Below are positions 18,981-27,358 of a stretch of DNA of 49,457 bases, one piece after another; within the stretch, counting starts at the first letter, position 1, and every line of letters begins with the position of its first letter. The position numbers and the translations under genes were made by a program. The notes beneath the pieces were generated by a model. It was not told where the DNA came from. It saw only the letters and a program-made list of their open reading frames with translations, and did no database searches. Source of the stretch: an uncultured Selenomonadaceae bacterium (GTDB lineage Bacteria > Bacillota > Negativicutes > Selenomonadales > Selenomonadaceae). The stretch spans positions 1-49,457 of the forward strand of contig CACYUQ010000006.1 in assembly GCA_902777615.1 (NCBI GenBank), written 5' to 3'.

Positions 18981-20102
18981 TTAGTTTTCTACTTCTTCCG
19001 ATTGTTCTTTTGTATCTTCAACAAGTTTCCCTTGCATATATTTCTGTGCAATCTCGCACAACTGCCCTTTGTACTTGTGCAAGTCATTGACAGATTCGAG
19101 AGTAATTCGGACGCCCTTCTTTCCGTCCGGCAACAAAAGGACCTTTTTCCGATCTCCAAGATAAAGACGACAAATCCATTTCCGAATATTATTATCAAGC
19201 AAAATCCCGAAATAGTTCACTGTGTCTTTGTACGATACCGTATGACCGTCCAAAGAATCATACAGCAACGCTTTTACAATATAAAAGCCTTCCAATTCCT
19301 CTTCCGTCGTAACAATCTTTGGTTCGTCATTTGGAATTTCTTGCTCCTGCTGTATTTCCGCACTTGCTTCCTGCGCTTGCACAGCCTCCTCCGTATCCAG
19401 CGCCGTCTTTAAGCGTTCATTGATGCGCTCATTTAAAAACTGCATGAAAGAACGCTTCACAATTCCTCGAAATTCATCAATGACTTTCTGTGTCTTAACG
19501 CCGTCGTATATCTGTGACAAGAAATAGCGGACAAATTCATCATCAGGCTCATTCAACAGCTTTGCCAAAAGTTGGCGAATCTGACTGTTGTATTTCAGTT
19601 CCGATGCACTCGTCATAATCGTGCTTAAATCGAAACTTGTCTTTTGGAATTTCTTGATTTCCGGAATAATGCTGTCCTTGATATCAAGCAAGTTGAACTC
19701 CAAGAATGGCTTTTCATCCATCTTGTTCTCCTGCTCCAAATCGGTATAAAAACGGTATATCAACCCGTTCGTCAAGATTCCAAACTTCGCCGATGTGGTC
19801 GCAAAATAGCGGAACAATTGCGAAGCGTGTTTATCCAAGTTCTCACCGCACCACTTTGCTTCAATCAAAATCAGTGGCTCGCCAGCTTCATTCATAATGG
19901 CATAGTCCACCTTTTCGCCTTTTTTGATTCCAACATCGGCGGTATATTCCGGTACAAATTCAAGGGGATTGAACACGTCATAGCCTAACAATCGGAAAAA
20001 CGGCATAATCATCGACGTTTTCGTAGCTTCTTCGGTTTGAATACTGTCCTTCATCTTGGCAATCCGCCCCGCAAACTGCTTGACCTCATCAATAAAATCC
20101 AT
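18981..20102 (-). CDS. Restriction-endonuclease-fold protein, type I HsdR N-terminal-domain-like (COG4748-like)
   Basis: PEYTADVG..KGEKVDYAIMNE.GEPLILIEAKW......HASQLFRYF....AKFGILTNG..YRFY resembles the HsdR_N nuclease-fold core. The C-terminal segment EELEGFYIVKALL...YFGILLDNNIRKWICRLY is typical of this family. RBS GAGGGGG lies 7 nt upstream. Confidence 0.65.
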   Translation of the reverse strand: MDFIDEVKQFAGRIAKMKDSIQTEEATKTSMIMPFFRLLGYDVFNPLEFVPEYTADVGIKKGEKVDYAIMNEAGEPLILIEAKWCGENLDKHASQLFRYFATTSAKFGILTNGLIYRFYTDLEQENKMDEKPFLEFNLLDIKDSIIPEIKKFQKTSFDLSTIMTSASELKYNSQIRQLLAKLLNEPDDEFVRYFLSQIYDGVKTQKVIDEFRGIVKRSFMQFLNERINERLKTALDTEEAVQAQEASAEIQQEQEIPNDEPKIVTTEEELEGFYIVKALLYDSLDGHTVSYKDTVNYFGILLDNNIRKWICRLYLGDRKKVLLLPDGKKGVRITLESVNDLHKYKGQLCEIAQKYMQGKLVEDTKEQSEEVEN

Positions 20103-20134
20103 GATAGTGCCCCCTCAAACAATATATTAATCTC

Positions 20135-21097
20135 TTACTCCTTGACCGTTTCAATTTTTATGGGACGTAGAGGCATAAGTGTCGGCTTACCCGTCATACC
20201 ACCTTTTGCTTCAAATTTTGTAGTAAATATTGGCAGTTCTTCAGGTACATCAAATACAAACGTGAAGGAAGTTCCCATGTTTGGATTCAATCTTGTCAAC
20301 ATACCTTTTGCCTTTGAATCCTGTTCCACCGCTAAAGCCATATGCCCTTCCGGCGAGGAAGAATACTCCCTCCCTTCACTGTCAATGAGTTTGAAACTAT
20401 TGCCATCAACAGTTATTGCGTCCTTCTGATTGTTTTTCATATACACATCAACAATAAAAAATACTCCCATTGGTTCTTGCTGAAGAAAAGGATTTGACCC
20501 AATAGCTTCCTTTTGTTTTTTTACATTTGTTATGGCTATATCGACCTTTGAAGATGAAAAAGCAAGGTAATTAGCGCCGTCAATCCCCATAACAATAGCT
20601 GGCTTTCCTTGTACCGCTTTTGAGTATTCATTTTCCATTTCATATGCTATTTGGTTATAATTCCCTAATTCCTGATTATATTGCGCTTTCCGTCGTTCAA
20701 ATTCCGCATTTGAGACACCTTCCATCGCATCTGCACATTGCTTTATAGTCATATCCATTACTTTAGCCCAATAAACGGCGTATGCTTTCAATGCATCCCT
20801 ATATGGTTCTGCACCTTTGGATATTTTAGCCTGTTCAATATTAGCGATAATCTTTTCAAACTCTCTTTTGTATTTTTTAGCAAGTTCTGCTAACTCTGGA
20901 GATAAATCTTGCACAGTAGCCATTTCTTTGAATATGCTTACATGAGTATTATCTATGTCTTTTATATATTTATCGTGCATAGCTTGTACTTCTTTTTTTT
21001 GATCTCCACCACCGAGGGTGCTTCCTCCACCGCTTCCACCGCCACATCCGGCAAGACAAAACGCGCACAGTATGATTGCAAGCATTTTCTTCAACAT
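20135..21097 (-). CDS. Lipoprotein with DUF4352-like C-terminal beta domain
   Basis: Lipobox CLAGC followed by a Gly-rich tether. Helical N-terminal half. The C-terminal half (FFIVDVYMKNNQKDAITVDGNSFKLIDSEGREY...FTFVFDVPEE) resembles DUF4352. Confidence 0.6.
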   Translation of the reverse strand: MLKKMLAIILCAFCLAGCGGGSGGGSTLGGGDQKKEVQAMHDKYIKDIDNTHVSIFKEMATVQDLSPELAELAKKYKREFEKIIANIEQAKISKGAEPYRDALKAYAVYWAKVMDMTIKQCADAMEGVSNAEFERRKAQYNQELGNYNQIAYEMENEYSKAVQGKPAIVMGIDGANYLAFSSSKVDIAITNVKKQKEAIGSNPFLQQEPMGVFFIVDVYMKNNQKDAITVDGNSFKLIDSEGREYSSSPEGHMALAVEQDSKAKGMLTRLNPNMGTSFTFVFDVPEELPIFTTKFEAKGGMTGKPTLMPLRPIKIETVKE

Positions 21098-21236
21098 TGG
21101 TTCATCCCTCCCAATTCATTCAAAAGCAATATACCCACTATACTGCAATTATAGTTAATATTTTGAGCATAGTCAATGAATTGAGCATGGTACGATAAAG
21201 CAAATTTACTATTTTCACAATCAAAGGATTTGCTTT

Positions 21237-21446
21237 ATGATTTCCTATGAGCCACTTTGGCGAACGCTAAATGAAAAAGATATGTCCACCTATGACCTCA
21301 TCTATCGGCATGGGCTGTCGGCGAACACGGTACACCGCATGAAAAGCGGAAAGCCCATCACAACAAAGACGCTTGACGAGTTATGCTTCATCTTGCAGTG
21401 TCCCGTGTCCGCTGTTTTGGAATACCGCGAAGAAACCTCAGAGTAA
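21237..21446 (+). CDS. XRE-family helix-turn-helix protein (69 aa)
   Basis: LWRTLNEKDMSTYDLIYRHGLSANTVHRMKSGKPITTKTLDELCFILQCPVSAVLEY is an HTH_26/Cro-C1-like pattern. Divergent from the lipoprotein operon. Confidence 0.8.
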   Translation: MISYEPLWRTLNEKDMSTYDLIYRHGLSANTVHRMKSGKPITTKTLDELCFILQCPVSAVLEYREETSE

Positions 21447-21477
21447 CAATCTGTTTTATGGCACATAGTTCAATTAC

Positions 21478-21508
21478 AAAACGCCGCCCCATTCGGGACG
21501 GCGTTTTC
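21478..21508. terminator. Bidirectional terminator (XRE gene / scpB)
   Basis: acgccg(c)ccc-attc-ggg(a)cggcgt stem flanked by A and T runs. Confidence 0.75.
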
Positions 21509-21534
21509 ATCATACCGCTATATTTCTTCTTTAA

Positions 21535-22113
21535 TCAATTCCTATCTTCCTCGTCGTTTTCCCTGTCATAGGGCAGAACCAGCTGCTCCATGTCCGGCTC
21601 CGGCAGGACGGGTAAATCTTCCAGCTTTTTCAGTCCGAACGCCCGCAAAAACGTCTCCGTCGTCCCGTATTGAATAGGATGGCCGATTACATTCTTGCGG
21701 CCGACCTCCGTAATCAACTCCCGGGCCACAAGCTGCGCCAGCACGCGCTCCGCATGATGCACGCCGCGAATTTGCTCAATTTCCAGCTTCGTCACCGGCT
21801 GCTTGAACGCGATGATCGAAAGCGTCTCCATCGCCGCCCGCGAAAGCTTGCGGTTCGTTTCCTGCGAAAGCCGTTCCACATAGGAAAAATGCTCGGGACG
21901 CGTGACGAGCTGCCAACCGCCCGCCGTCTCCTTCAACATGAGGCCGCTGCCTCGCGCCGAAAGTTCTTCGGACAAAGTCGACAAAAGCTCCCGCGTCGTC
22001 TTCTCGTCCGTCTGTAATATTTCCCGGAGCTGCTCCTCGGTCAGCGGATCGCCGCCCGCGAACAGCACCGCCTCCAAGGCGCCCTTCAAATCTTCCAAAA
22101 CATCAATCCTCAT
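21535..22113 (-). CDS. scpB: Segregation and condensation protein B
   Basis: LEAVLFAGGDPL...ETLSIIAFKQPVTKLEIEQIRGV matches ScpB. It overlaps the scpA stop. Confidence 0.93.
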   Translation of the reverse strand: MRIDVLEDLKGALEAVLFAGGDPLTEEQLREILQTDEKTTRELLSTLSEELSARGSGLMLKETAGGWQLVTRPEHFSYVERLSQETNRKLSRAAMETLSIIAFKQPVTKLEIEQIRGVHHAERVLAQLVARELITEVGRKNVIGHPIQYGTTETFLRAFGLKKLEDLPVLPEPDMEQLVLPYDRENDEEDRN

Positions 22114-22876
22114 TCATCCCAGACGCCGCCTCCGAAAGCTCCGCCCCATCGCGCAGCGCCACCTGAATCGGTCCGAAAAGCACCGATTGACGCACCACAG
22201 CCACGCGCCGCCGAATCAATTCTAAAAGTGCAAGAAACGTCGCCACCAGCTCATCCCTGAGCCCCGTCAAGAACAAATCCTCAAAATCCACCGTTTGATC
22301 TTCCCGCGCCAAAAGCTCTTCGACAATCCTCTGCATCTGGTCTTCGACCCGATACTCTTCGTGCGCCACAATCACCTCGGGAATCGTCAGTTCGCGCTTC
22401 ACTTCCAGCACTTTGCGGAACGCGTCCCAAAGCGCCTGTACCGAAAGGCCTTGCGGCGGCGCCAGCCGCATCGGAAGCTCCGTCGGCGCACGACCCACAT
22501 AATGGCTCTCGTCCTCCGCCCTCGCCTCCATCAAAAGGCTCGCCTTCTTGTAGCGCTGATACTCGATAATCCGCTCGACCAATTCCCGACGCGGATCGTC
22601 GCTTTCTTCCTCCTCCGTCTCCATGGGTGCCTTTGGAAGCATCATGCGTGACTTGATCAAAAGCAGCGTCGCCGCCATCACGAGAAACTCGCTGGCAACC
22701 TCGATATCAAAGCGGCGCATTTCCGCCAGATATGCCATATACTGTTCGGTCAACGCCGCAATCGGAATGTCGTAAATATCGACTTTATTGACCTGTATCA
22801 AATGCAGGAGCAGCTCCATCGGCCCCTCGAAGGCCGCAAGCCGCACCTGATACTTTTCCTGCTCCGCTTCAGGCAA
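22103..22876 (-). CDS. scpA: Segregation and condensation protein A
   Basis: FEGPMELLLHLIQVNKVDIYDIPIA is the ScpA N-terminal signature. It overlaps the trpS stop by 8 nt. Confidence 0.93.
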   Translation of the reverse strand: MPEAEQEKYQVRLAAFEGPMELLLHLIQVNKVDIYDIPIAALTEQYMAYLAEMRRFDIEVASEFLVMAATLLLIKSRMMLPKAPMETEEEESDDPRRELVERIIEYQRYKKASLLMEARAEDESHYVGRAPTELPMRLAPPQGLSVQALWDAFRKVLEVKRELTIPEVIVAHEEYRVEDQMQRIVEELLAREDQTVDFEDLFLTGLRDELVATFLALLELIRRRVAVVRQSVLFGPIQVALRDGAELSEAASGMNED

Positions 22877-23861
22877 GATGCATGACCTCGCGCACTTCTT
22901 CCATCGTCTTTTGGGCGATCACACGCGCCTTTTTCGCACCTTCGTCGAGAATTTCCCGGATTTTTCCCGGCTTTCCCTGATATTCCTGCCTCCGCACGTG
23001 CATATCGGCCATCGCGTCCACCATTTTCTCCGCAAGACGTTTCTTGCACGCCACGCAGCCGATGCAGCCCTCGCGGCAATTCTTCTCGATTTCCGGGACC
23101 TCGTCCGCGTTGAACAGCTTTTGGAACTTGAACGCCACGCAGACCTCAGGATGCCCCTTGTCCGTCTTCTTGATTCGCTCCGGGTCGGTCACAATCATCC
23201 GTACCCGTTCCCGCAGTTCGTCGGGACTCGCCGCGAACGGGATCGTATTGCCGTAAGACTTCGACATCTTCCGGCCATCGATGCCCGGCAGCACCGCCGC
23301 GCGGCTCATCAATCCCTGCGGCTCGACGAAAACTTCCTTGCCATACATCAGATTGAACCGGCGCACGATTTCCCGCGCCAGTTCCAGATGCGGATTCTGA
23401 TCCTCGCCTACCGGTACCCAGCCAGCTTTGTACAGCACGATATCCGCCGTCATCAACTCGGGATAACCGAGGAAACCGTAAGTATTTATATCTTTCCCCT
23501 GCTCGCCGAGATTCTGCAATTTATCCTTGTAAGTCGGCACACGCTCCAGCCACGACAGCGGCGTCATCATCGAAAGCAGCAGATGAAGCTCCGAGTGCTC
23601 CTTGACCTGCGACTGCACGAAAATGATATTCTTCTCGGGGTCGAGCCCCGCCGACAGCCAATCCAGCATCATATCATGGATATATCCGGGCAGCTTGCTC
23701 GTATCCGCATACGCGCTGGTCAGCGCATGCAGATCGGCAATCGCAAAAATGCAGTCGTAATCGTTTTGCAGCTTCACCCAATTCTCCAGCGCCCCCATGT
23801 AATTGCCGAGGTGGAATTTCCCCGACGGCTGCATCGCGCTGAAAATACGTCCCTTGCTCAT
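22869..23861 (-). CDS. trpS: Tryptophan--tRNA ligase (with C-terminal Cys cluster)
   Basis: SAMQPSGKFHLGNYMGAL (HIGH-like) and KMSKS are present. Cys cluster C-x20-C-x3-C-x2-C-x2-C lies near the C terminus. Confidence 0.95.
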   Translation of the reverse strand: MSKGRIFSAMQPSGKFHLGNYMGALENWVKLQNDYDCIFAIADLHALTSAYADTSKLPGYIHDMMLDWLSAGLDPEKNIIFVQSQVKEHSELHLLLSMMTPLSWLERVPTYKDKLQNLGEQGKDINTYGFLGYPELMTADIVLYKAGWVPVGEDQNPHLELAREIVRRFNLMYGKEVFVEPQGLMSRAAVLPGIDGRKMSKSYGNTIPFAASPDELRERVRMIVTDPERIKKTDKGHPEVCVAFKFQKLFNADEVPEIEKNCREGCIGCVACKKRLAEKMVDAMADMHVRRQEYQGKPGKIREILDEGAKKARVIAQKTMEEVREVMHLA

Positions 23862-23927
23862 AGCTCAAAGCCCCATTTCTTTCCCAAAATCGCCCGCCGA
23901 AAAGCGGCGGACACTTACACATATAAG

Positions 23928-23956
23928 ATGATAAAACGAAACGGCGGGTTTGTCAA
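23928..23956 (-). promoter_or_regulatory. Putative promoter of trpS-scpAB
   Basis: On the minus strand: TTGACA (23956..23951), a 17-nt spacer, then TATCAT (23933..23928). A short GC hairpin (23894-23910) follows in the roughly 60-nt leader. Confidence 0.5.
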
Positions 23957-23984
23957 TTTATCATAGACGCATAAAGTTCCGGAC

Positions 23985-24011
23985 ATAAAAAAGAGAGGCA
24001 ACCGCCTCTCT
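23985..24011 (-). terminator. Rho-independent terminator of the NlpC/P60 gene
   Basis: agagaggc-ggtt-gcctctct followed by T6 on the minus strand. Confidence 0.85.
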
Positions 24012-24023
24012 AAAATTTCGTGA

Positions 24024-24695
24024 TTACAATACGCGCCGCGCGCCGATGTAGCGGCTGCCCCAATAATACTCGTCGTAAATCGACGCAATCGAGACGCCGA
24101 TGCTGGACGCCGCGTGGATGAAGTTTCCGTCGCTCAGGTAAATGCCTACATGGGACGCTCCGTACTCATACGTGGAGAAGAATACAAGATCACCCGTGCG
24201 AAGCGCGCTCGTCGGAATCGGACGCCCGACCTCGTACTGCTCGTCCGCCGCCCTCGGCAGATAAATGCCCGCGTTCGCGAACACGAACCGCACATAGCCG
24301 GAGCAGTCAAAACCGCTTGGAGACGTACCGCCGAATACATACGGAACACCAAGATACGCCATCGCCGTCTGCACGATACGACGCGAAACATAGTTCGAAC
24401 CACGGCTTACCGTCTCCGGCATCGCCTTGCCAAGCAACGCCTCATAAGTGGAAGGTCCGACTGAACCGTCCACGTCCATACCATGCGCCGCTTGGAAATC
24501 CTTGACTGCTTCGACCGTCGCGGGACCGAAATCCCCGTCCGCCACCACATCATAACCGATGCGAACGAGCTCGGCCTGTACCTCCGCCACATCGCTGCCC
24601 TGATCGCCAACCTGAAGCGACTCTGCCCCCGCGACCGAGCACCAGCACATAGAAGCCATAAAAGCTGCAAAAATACGATGTTTCCACTTGCTCAA
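24024..24695 (-). CDS. Peptidoglycan hydrolase: PG-binding domain plus NlpC/P60 endopeptidase
   Basis: Signal peptide. LQVGDQGSDVAEVQ..L...GY....DGDFGP.T..AVK.FQ is a PG_binding_1 pattern. The NlpC/P60 core is GVPYVFGGTSPSGFDCSGYV...SHVGIY. TTG start. Confidence 0.9.
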   Translation of the reverse strand: MSKWKHRIFAAFMASMCWCSVAGAESLQVGDQGSDVAEVQAELVRIGYDVVADGDFGPATVEAVKDFQAAHGMDVDGSVGPSTYEALLGKAMPETVSRGSNYVSRRIVQTAMAYLGVPYVFGGTSPSGFDCSGYVRFVFANAGIYLPRAADEQYEVGRPIPTSALRTGDLVFFSTYEYGASHVGIYLSDGNFIHAASSIGVSIASIYDEYYWGSRYIGARRVL

Positions 24696-25040
24696 AAAAG
24701 TTGCCCCTCTCTCTATGGATTACGGAACACAGAGTTGATACTTTCGTCCCGTTCAGTATTTCCGATGTGAATATATATATACGACACAAATCCTAAAAAT
24801 CCTGCTAACAAAAAACATTCTGTAATGCCGAAAAAGTGCGGAATCACTGAAAATTTCATCCACCGCAACCTCTCAACGAACGATGTAAATTATATGAAAG
24901 GAATCTGAAAAACGACTGTACGAACATGAAAGCGTGTTTTCGTAAATTTCCTGATACAAAATAACTATCCATCGTATACTTGTCGCCTAATACCGATCTC
25001 AAGCCCTAAAGTATAATATATTTTTTCCTACGAAGTAAAA

Positions 25041-25073
25041 AACGACAGGGCATTTTCAGCCTTGCCGTTTTTG
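25041..25073 (-). terminator. Terminator downstream of tRNA-Leu
   Basis: On the minus strand, acggcaagg-ctgaaaatg-ccctgtcgt (imperfect stem) followed by T6. Confidence 0.6.
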
Positions 25074-25081
25074 AGTCCTTA

Positions 25082-25166
<85 letters not shown>

Positions 25167-25173
25167 ATGGGCT

Positions 25174-25785
25174 TTATTGTACCATCCGCGGACGTGGCCT
25201 GTCAAACCGCCGCGGATATTTCGGCGTACAGTCAAAAGATTTTATGGAAACGTGCAACCCCGCCGCCAACGCCTCAACACTGTCGACGCCGAGACGCTCT
25301 GCCGCCGCCAACGGAATCGCCGCACAAGCCCGCGCGTCTTCTAACGCATCGTGATGGCGAAAATCCACGTGCAGAAACGCCCCCACCGTGTTGAGCTTGT
25401 GATTCGGCAGCTCTGGCCATGCCTTGCGTGCAATCTGCACCGTGCAGCAATGCAAAAATTCCGGTGGCTCAATATGATTCGCCAAAAGCGAACTTTTCAA
25501 GACGCCCATATCAAAAGGCGCATTATGCGCGAGGACGATATGTCCGTCGAGAAAAGGACGTAGCTCCGGCCAGATGCCCGTAAAATCCCGCTCGTGCTCG
25601 ACCATTTCCGGCGTAATGCCGTGAATTTCGATATTGAACGGTGAAAATTCCAATCGTGGCGGCCGGATCAGTGTTGAATACGAGCGCGCAATCTCGCCGC
25701 CCTGCACTTCGACGACAGCGACGCTGCAAGCGGAATTCTGCCTGTCCGTCGCCGTCTCAAAATCAATCGCGGTAAAGTCCATCAT
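25174..25785 (-). CDS. 3'-5' exonuclease, DnaQ/DEDD family
   Basis: Exo motifs are present: AIDFETA (ExoI), LAHNAPFDMGVL (ExoII) and HHDALEDARACA (ExoIII). Start at ATG 25785 after GAGGAA. Confidence 0.88.
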   Translation of the reverse strand: MMDFTAIDFETATDRQNSACSVAVVEVQGGEIARSYSTLIRPPRLEFSPFNIEIHGITPEMVEHERDFTGIWPELRPFLDGHIVLAHNAPFDMGVLKSSLLANHIEPPEFLHCCTVQIARKAWPELPNHKLNTVGAFLHVDFRHHDALEDARACAAIPLAAAERLGVDSVEALAAGLHVSIKSFDCTPKYPRRFDRPRPRMVQ

Positions 25786-25804
25786 CTTCCGTTCCTCGTT
25801 CCAC

Positions 25805-25832
25805 AAAAAAGCCCTCCCCTTTGGGGAGGGGG
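25805..25832 (-). terminator. Rho-independent terminator ending the long minus-strand operon
   Basis: On the minus strand, ccctcccc-aaa-ggggaggg followed by cT6. It lies about 120 nt beyond the nfnB-like stop. Confidence 0.8.
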
Positions 25833-25948
25833 GACCGTCGAAGACGGTGGGTGAGGTCTTGCGAACGTTTACAAAACCTCATCCGTCAGCCTTCGGCTGC
25901 CACCTTCCCCAGAGGGGAAGGCTAAATTTGTATTGGATTGAAACAAAA

Positions 25949-27358
25949 TCACGCGCCGCGCTTCTTTTTCAAATATTCGTCAATAGCGGCGGCAGCTTTC
26001 TTGCCCGCGCCCATCGCGAGAATAACCGTGGCCGCGCCTGTGACGATATCGCCGCCCGCGAACACGCCTGGCTTCGTCGTCGCGCCCGTCTCCTCGTCCG
26101 CGATGATGTTGCCGCGCTTATTCGTGTCCATGCCCGGCGTCGTCGAAGCGACAATAGGATTGGGTCCCTGTCCGATAGCCATGACCACCGTGTCCACCGG
26201 AAGCTCGAATTCCGACCCGGCGACCGCTTTCGGGCTCCTGCGTCCCGATTCATCCGGCTCGCCCAGTTCCATACGGATACATTTCAGCGCGCGCACCCAG
26301 CCCTTTCCGTCGTCCATGACCTCAACGGGATTGTTCAAAAGCTGGAAGTCGATGCCTTCCTCTTTCGCATGATGCACTTCTTCCTTGCGTGCAGGAAGCT
26401 CCTCCTCGCCGCGCCGATAGACGATATAGACGTGCTCAGCACCAAGACGAAGCGCCGTGCGCGCGGCGTCCATCGCCACGTTGCCGCCTCCGACCACCGC
26501 GACATTCTTGCCGACACGAAGCGGCGTCGCATATTCAGGGAAGCGGTACGCCTTCATTAGGTTACAGCGAGTCAGGAACTCATTCGCCGAATAAACGCCG
26601 TTCAGATTCTCGCCGGGAATATTCATGAAATGCGGAAGCCCCGCGCCGGTACCGACAAACACCGCGTCGAAACCTTCCTCTTCCATCAACTCATCGACGG
26701 TATACAGCTGCCCGACCACGCAATCCACTTCGATTTTCACGCCGAGCTTTTCAAGATTCGCAATTTCCTTCTTGACGATGCCATCCTTCGGCAAGCGGAA
26801 TTCCGGAATACCGTAGGAAAGCACGCCGCCCGCCGTATGCAGCGCCTCGAAAATCGTCACGCGATAGCCCTTCCGCGCGAGATCGCCCGCGCAGGAAAGC
26901 CCCGCCGGACCGGCGCCGATGACCGCAACCTTCTGTGCGTCCGGCGCATATTCAATCGGCACAATTTCTTTATTCTGTGCCATCTCACGGTCAGCCACAA
27001 AACGCTCCAAACGACCGATGCCGACAGACTCGCCTTTTTTGCCGAGAACGCAGTATTTCTCGCATTGGTTTTCCTGCGGGCAAACGCGGCCACAAACTGC
27101 GGGCAACGCGTTCGACTCTTTGATGGTCGAGATTGCGCCGTCAAAATCCCGCGTCTTGATTTTTGCAATAAAGCTCGGAATATCGATACCAACCGGGCAC
27201 CCCTTGCGGCACTGCGGAACCTTGCACGTCAGGCAACGCTCCGCCTCCGCCACCGCCGTTTCCTCATCGTAACCGAGCGCGACTTCGTTAAAATTGTGCG
27301 CACGAACCTTAGGATCCTGCTCCGGCATAGGATGCTTCGTCAGTGAAATAGCCATCAT
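25949..27358 (-). CDS. GltD-type NAD(P)H flavin oxidoreductase, NfnB/SudA-like large subunit
   Basis: CLTCKVPQCRKGCPVGIDIP..., AVCGRVCPQENQCE (Fe-S Cys motifs), VAVIGAGPAGL and VVGGGNVAMD (dinucleotide folds). Start ATG at 27358 overlaps the upstream stop (ATGA). The longer ORF-track N-terminus is Arg-rich and overlaps the upstream gene. Confidence 0.9.
   Translation of the reverse strand: MMAISLTKHPMPEQDPKVRAHNFNEVALGYDEETAVAEAERCLTCKVPQCRKGCPVGIDIPSFIAKIKTRDFDGAISTIKESNALPAVCGRVCPQENQCEKYCVLGKKGESVGIGRLERFVADREMAQNKEIVPIEYAPDAQKVAVIGAGPAGLSCAGDLARKGYRVTIFEALHTAGGVLSYGIPEFRLPKDGIVKKEIANLEKLGVKIEVDCVVGQLYTVDELMEEEGFDAVFVGTGAGLPHFMNIPGENLNGVYSANEFLTRCNLMKAYRFPEYATPLRVGKNVAVVGGGNVAMDAARTALRLGAEHVYIVYRRGEEELPARKEEVHHAKEEGIDFQLLNNPVEVMDDGKGWVRALKCIRMELGEPDESGRRSPKAVAGSEFELPVDTVVMAIGQGPNPIVASTTPGMDTNKRGNIIADEETGATTKPGVFAGGDIVTGAATVILAMGAGKKAAAAIDEYLKKKRGA

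Noticed and set aside
18966-21215. Direct repeat gcaa(a)atttactatttt at 18966-18982 and 21200-21215, bracketing the HsdR-N-like and lipoprotein genes. This could mark att-like ends.
   Set aside because: Only 14 nt match exactly, or 16 of 17 with an indel. The sequence is AT-rich, and a match of this length is expected about once by chance in a 49-kb window. No recombinase gene is present.
23862-23927. Possible T-box or attenuator leader upstream of trpS. A short GC hairpin at 23894-23910 is followed by gcgatttt.
   Set aside because: The leader is only about 60 nt from the predicted promoter to the ATG, far too short for a T-box of about 200 nt or more. No specifier loop or T-box consensus is visible. 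The hairpin has only 6 bp and a weak U-tract.
24696-25040. Possible cyclic-di-AMP (ydaO-type) riboswitch in the 345-nt AT-rich leader of the NlpC/P60 hydrolase gene. That riboswitch class often precedes such genes.
   Set aside because: I read the minus-strand leader and found none of the conserved ydaO elements (the ACGGGGUGAAUC-like and CCCGAA..CAGCUAACC-like boxes). The region is AT-rich and contains several promoter-like boxes instead. A covariance-model scan would settle it.
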